Below are positions 7,381 through 10,829 of a stretch of DNA of 10,829 nucleotides, in pieces. The DNA comes from Candidatus Phoenicimicrobium oleiphilum (GTDB lineage: Bacteria; Atribacterota; Phoenicimicrobiia; Phoenicimicrobiales; Phoenicimicrobiaceae). Numbering within the stretch: position 1 is the first letter of the stretch; each line of letters opens with the position of its first letter. The notes under the pieces are model-generated. The model was not told the origin of the DNA. It worked only from the letters and a program-made list of their open reading frames with translations, and ran no database searches. The translations under genes and the position numbers were made by a program. Location: assembly GCA_039638295.1 (NCBI GenBank), contig JBDIWJ010000049.1, forward strand, positions 1 to 10,829. Reading direction: 5' to 3'.

Positions 7381-9465
7381 TTATAAAACAATTTTTGATA
7401 AATCAGCTATTTGATTAAATAATATATTTATTTTCTTAATAAGGGCAATCCTATTTTTTCTAATTTCTAAGTCTTCATCCATTACTAATACCTGGTCAAA
7501 GAATTCGTCAACTGGTTTACATAAATTCTCTAATAATTTAAATGCTTTTTTATATTTCCCATTGGAAATATAATTATTTACTCGAGGATACATATCATTA
7601 TAAATATGGTATAAATTTAATTCTGCATTTTCTTTTAATAAGGATTCTTTGATATTTATTTCTGTACTATTTTTTGATAAATTTAACACTCTATTGGATG
7701 AATTAAGAATTTTCTGGAAATTGGATTGGTCATAAAGCTCTTCTATAACTTTTATTCTATTTTTAATATCAACTAAATCTCCCTTACTATCTATGGCTAA
7801 AACTGCATCGATTATATCATAGTGAATTCCTTCTTCCAGGAATATATTTTTTACTCTTTGTTTTAAAAAACTTAATATCTGTGATACTATTTCATTTTCA
7901 TTTATTTTAAATTCTAATGGAAAACTTTGTTTGTATAAAGACAAAGATTTCTGAATAATATCTTTTAGCGAAATTTTCAGATTATTCTTTAAAATTATGG
8001 CGATTTTTCCTAAAGATTGTCTTCTTAATCCATAAGGGTCCTGTGACCCGGTTGGAATTAAGCCTATTAAAAAACAACCAGTTATATTATCCACTTTATC
8101 AGCAATCCCCAAGATCATACCACTTTTAGTTTTTGGTAATACATCACCTGAAAAACGAGGGAGATAATGTTCAAATATTGCTTCTGCTACTTCTTTTCTT
8201 TCGTTAGATAAAATCGCATATTCTCTACCCATTACCCCTTGTAATTCCGGGAATTCTTTTACCATTTCAGTAACCAAATCAGCTTTGCATAAATGGGCAG
8301 ATCTTAAAGCATCTTCTTTCACTTTCTGCTCAACCTGTAAACAATCTGCAATGTAGTCACATAATAATTCTAATCTCTTTGTTTTATCATAAAGGCTCCC
8401 CAGATTTTCCCGGAAAATAATTTTATTCAATTTTATTACTTTTTCTTCTAAAGGAATTTTCTGGTCTTCCTGGTAGAAAAATTTTGCATCTTCTAATCTT
8501 GCTTTGAGGACATTTTCATTACCTTTTTTGATTGTAGATGAATATTTTTTAGAATTGTTAATTATAACAATGAATAAAGGTAATAAGGTATTTTTATTTT
8601 TATATACAGGAAAATATTTTTGATGTTTTTCCATAACCGTGGTTAGGACTTCTAATGGTAATTTTAAATATTCTCGATTAAATGTCCCCAAAATTGCATT
8701 TGGATATTCCACTAAATGAACTATTTCATTTAATTGCTTTTCATCGATTATTTCTTTCCCATTAATTTCTTTAATTATTTGTTTAATCTGCCTTCTTATC
8801 TTTTTTTCTCTTAATTCTTGATCAACTATTACATAATTCTTCTTTAACTTTTCCAAGTATTCATTTGGTGAGGAAATTTTAATTTTATGTGGTGCTAATA
8901 GTCTGTGACCATAGGTTTCATTCCCAGAATTTAATCCATTCAGACTAAATTCAATTACTTTCTTATCATATAAAGCAAGTATCCATCTTATAGGCCGAAT
9001 AAATCTTAGTTTTTTATCTTCCCAACGCATAGATTTGGGAAAACTTATATTTCTTATTATTTCAGGAAATATTTTGGTTAATAATTCAAGGGAGGATTTT
9101 CCTTTTTCTGATTTCAAAGCAAAAACATATCTTCCTTTATCAGTGTTTTCCGTTATTAAATCTTCTACATTTACGCCTTGTGACTGGGCAAATTTTATTG
9201 CAGGTGTCTGAGGCTTTGAGTCACTGGCATAAGCAATAGAATAAGCTGGTCCTTTAATTTTTTGAAAAATATCTTCCTGTTTATCTGAAATATGGGAAAT
9301 ATATAGTACTAATCTGCGTGGTGAGCCATAAACTTTGATTTCTTTATATTGTATTCTTGATTCTTCCAGGCTTGCTTTTATTAAATGTCTTATGTCTCCC
9401 AGAGCATTTTCCATATATATTGCCGGAATCTCTTCTGTTCCAATTTCTAAGATAACATCACTCAT
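7381..9465 (-). CDS. glyS: Glycine--tRNA ligase beta subunit, 694 aa
   Basis: Motifs LEIGTEEIP, SPRRL, FPKSMRW, RFIRPIRW, HQKYF, ARLEDAKFF, KADLVTEMVKEFPELQGVMG, PTGSQDPYGLRR and C-terminal FFDQVLVM...NRIAL; follows glyQ. Confidence 0.97.
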   Translation of the reverse strand: MSDVILEIGTEEIPAIYMENALGDIRHLIKASLEESRIQYKEIKVYGSPRRLVLYISHISDKQEDIFQKIKGPAYSIAYASDSKPQTPAIKFAQSQGVNVEDLITENTDKGRYVFALKSEKGKSSLELLTKIFPEIIRNISFPKSMRWEDKKLRFIRPIRWILALYDKKVIEFSLNGLNSGNETYGHRLLAPHKIKISSPNEYLEKLKKNYVIVDQELREKKIRRQIKQIIKEINGKEIIDEKQLNEIVHLVEYPNAILGTFNREYLKLPLEVLTTVMEKHQKYFPVYKNKNTLLPLFIVIINNSKKYSSTIKKGNENVLKARLEDAKFFYQEDQKIPLEEKVIKLNKIIFRENLGSLYDKTKRLELLCDYIADCLQVEQKVKEDALRSAHLCKADLVTEMVKEFPELQGVMGREYAILSNERKEVAEAIFEHYLPRFSGDVLPKTKSGMILGIADKVDNITGCFLIGLIPTGSQDPYGLRRQSLGKIAIILKNNLKISLKDIIQKSLSLYKQSFPLEFKINENEIVSQILSFLKQRVKNIFLEEGIHYDIIDAVLAIDSKGDLVDIKNRIKVIEELYDQSNFQKILNSSNRVLNLSKNSTEINIKESLLKENAELNLYHIYNDMYPRVNNYISNGKYKKAFKLLENLCKPVDEFFDQVLVMDEDLEIRKNRIALIKKINILFNQIADLSKIVL

Positions 9466-9473
9466 TAATAACT

Positions 9474-10361
9474 CTATCCTTCTTTTATATTTTCTTTTTT
9501 AATCAAGGGGAAACCCATTTTTTCTCTCTGTCTAATATATTTTTCTGCACACAAACGGGAAATATTTCTCACTCGAGATATATAACCTGTTCTTTCTGTA
9601 ACGCTTATTGCCCCTCGTGCATCCAACAAATTAAAAGTATGAGAACATTTTAATATATAATCATATGCTGGTAGAGGTAGTTCCTTTTCTATTAGTCTTT
9701 TTGCTTCTTTTTCGAAAACATTGAATATACCGAATAACATTGATATGTCTGCTTCTTCAAAATTATACTTAGAATGCTCAACTTCTACTTGGTGCTGTAT
9801 ATCTCCATAGGTAATACCCCCACCCCATTTTAGATTAAAAATATTATCTTCCCCTTGAATAACCATAGCTAATCTCTCCAAACCATAGGTTATTTCTACT
9901 GGAATTATACTTAGATCAAGGCCTCCTGCTTGTTGAAAATAGGTAAATTGAGTTATCTCTAATCCATCAAGCCAGACCTCCCAACCTAATCCCCACGCAC
10001 CCAGGGTTGGGGCTTCCCAATCACCCTCAATAAATCTTATGTCATGTTTTTTTTTGGGAATCCCTAATCTTTCTAAACTTTCTAAATAGATTTCTTGTAT
10101 GTTTTCGGGGGAAGGTTTTAATATAACTTGAAATTGATAATGTTGCTGGACTCGATTAGGATTTTCTCCATATCGTCCATCTGCAGGTCTTCGAGAAGGT
10201 TCAACATAAGCAACTTTCCAGGGTTCAGGGCCTAATACCCTTAAAAAAGTAGCTGGATTCATTGTACCTGCCCCAACTTCTATATCGTAAGGTTGTTGAA
10301 TAATACAATCTTTTTCTCCCCAATATTTTTGTAGATTAAAAATAATATTTTGAAAATCCAT
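9474..10361 (-). CDS. glyQ: Glycine--tRNA ligase alpha subunit (295 aa from ATG 10361; alternative ATG at 10376 gives 300 aa)
   Basis: Motifs [63 protein letters not shown] and [21 protein letters not shown] matches the usual MxFQ N-terminus, and TGAGGA lies 8 nt upstream of ATG 10361. Confidence 0.97.
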   Translation of the reverse strand: MDFQNIIFNLQKYWGEKDCIIQQPYDIEVGAGTMNPATFLRVLGPEPWKVAYVEPSRRPADGRYGENPNRVQQHYQFQVILKPSPENIQEIYLESLERLGIPKKKHDIRFIEGDWEAPTLGAWGLGWEVWLDGLEITQFTYFQQAGGLDLSIIPVEITYGLERLAMVIQGEDNIFNLKWGGGITYGDIQHQVEVEHSKYNFEEADISMLFGIFNVFEKEAKRLIEKELPLPAYDYILKCSHTFNLLDARGAISVTERTGYISRVRNISRLCAEKYIRQREKMGFPLIKKENIKEG

Positions 10362-10376
10362 ATCAAAATTCCTCAT

Positions 10377-10429
10377 AATAAAATTCCCTCTCTTCTAAAA
10401 TACTTTCACACTCTAGTTTTAGAGAGGGA
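10377..10429 (-). promoter_or_regulatory. Structured glyQ leader: two-stem hairpin with GAAA tetraloop and U-rich tail (terminator/attenuator-like)
   Basis: RNA reads UCCCUCUCU-AAAA-CUAGAGUGU-GAAA-GUAUUUUAG-A-AGAGAGGGA-AUUUUAUU. The outer stem is 9 perfect bp. The inner stem is 9 bp with four G-U pairs that form only on the minus (sense) strand. Confidence 0.6.
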
Positions 10430-10445
10430 GTATCTTTTCTTTGTT

Positions 10446-10474
10446 AATATATCAAAATCAAGGTTTATTGTCAA
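10446..10474 (-). promoter_or_regulatory. sigma70/sigmaA-type promoter of the glyQ gene cluster
   Basis: Perfect -35 TTGACA (tgtcaa at 10469-10474), 17-nt spacer, -10 TATATT (10446-10451) preceded by an extended TG (TGaTATATT). Predicted TSS near 10439. Confidence 0.8.
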
Positions 10475-10559
10475 CGATTATACTCGTATCTCTTATATCA
10501 TATTACGTAAGAAGTTATTTATTTTAGAGATTAAAAGAGAAAAAAAGTATGGGCATCAG

Positions 10560-10617
10560 ATAGGGGGTCGATTCATCGAACCCACATAATTACGGGTCGG
10601 ATAAATCCGACCCCTAC
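10560..10617. repeat. Inverted pair of REP-like palindromes (REPIN-like doublet)
   Basis: Right unit on the minus strand is GTAG-GGGTCGGAT-TT-ATCCGACCC (perfect 9-bp stem, 10594-10602 / 10605-10613). Left unit on the plus strand is ATAG-GGGGTCGAT-TC-ATCGAACCC. The units are 17/23 identical and 10 bp apart. Confidence 0.75.
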
Positions 10618-10649
10618 ATTAAACTTTGTATGTTATACTACCATAATCG

Positions 10650-10663
10650 CAATATGCAATACT
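10650..10663. repeat. Heptamer doublet of the same family as 134-161 and 1747-1760
   Basis: caatatg-caatact; caatatg is identical to 148-154. Confidence 0.4.
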
Positions 10664-10742
10664 AAATCGCTGTACACTCCACGCATTTACTTGCAACTAT
10701 GAACCAAAAACTTGCATTTAATACTAACGACTATTTGTTATA

Positions 10743-10801
10743 TAGCATAAGATCGTGTACTCGTTTTAATGTTTAATATTGTAGCATAAGATCGTGCACT
10801 C
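10743..10801. repeat. 20-bp direct repeat, two copies, 39-bp period
   Basis: tagcataagatcgtgtactc (10743-10762) and tagcataagatcgtgcactc (10782-10801), one mismatch, 19-bp AT-rich spacer. Confidence 0.85.
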
Positions 10802-10829
10802 TTAATCAGGAAGTTCGTAGTCAAATTCA

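Noticed and set aside
7368..7391. PDRP start at TTG 7391 overlapping glyS
   Set aside because: The downstream ATG at 7367 has a strong, well-spaced SD and avoids the overlap.
10350..10589. 79-aa + strand ORF
   Set aside because: TTG start overlapping the glyQ start on the opposite strand; it runs through the promoter and leader hairpin and ends in the REP doublet, with no motif or clear RBS.
10631..10639. Divergent + strand extended -10 (TGtTATACT)
   Set aside because: No -35 element at the proper distance and no downstream gene visible; such matches are frequent in AT-rich DNA.
10779..10806. dif/Xer site (TTATGCTACAA resembles the XerD arm TTATGTTAAAT)
   Set aside because: Three mismatches in the arm and no XerC-like arm at the correct 6-bp spacing.
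10743..10829. CRISPR array from the 20-bp direct repeat
   Set aside because: Only two copies, repeat and 19-bp spacer are too short, no third copy at the next 39-bp position (10821), and no cas genes in the window.
10377..10829. T-box riboswitch upstream of glyQ
   Set aside because: No T-box antiterminator consensus on the minus strand, and the predicted leader (about 60-80 nt) is far too short.

Overview
Low-GC (roughly 30% by eye) bacterial housekeeping and energy-metabolism region. Six genes lie on the minus strand in transcription order glyQ - glyS - PDRP (DUF299 kinase/pyrophosphorylase) - ppdK - hppA (K+-dependent, probably Na+-pumping membrane pyrophosphatase) - pdp (pyrimidine-nucleoside phosphorylase). 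A near-consensus sigma70/sigmaA promoter (TTGACA-17-TATATT with extended TG) precedes glyQ. The proteins look Firmicutes-like; an anaerobe such as Atribacterota is plausible, but that is an unverified impression. No transposase, integrase, CRISPR array, rRNA or tRNA is visible. Points of interest: (1) five of the six genes encode enzymes that make or consume PPi, and the sixth consumes the released Pi. (2) A strand-specific hairpin with a GAAA loop and a U-rich tail sits in the short glyQ leader, where Firmicutes usually have a T-box. (3) GTAG-type REP/REPIN-like palindromes occur at two sites without a transposase in view. (4) Degenerate 7- and 8-mer tandem arrays, some in inverted pairs, occur in every longer intergenic region. 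(5) The PDRP has DAC in place of the usual DDG motif. (6) A 20-bp direct repeat lies at the right edge.
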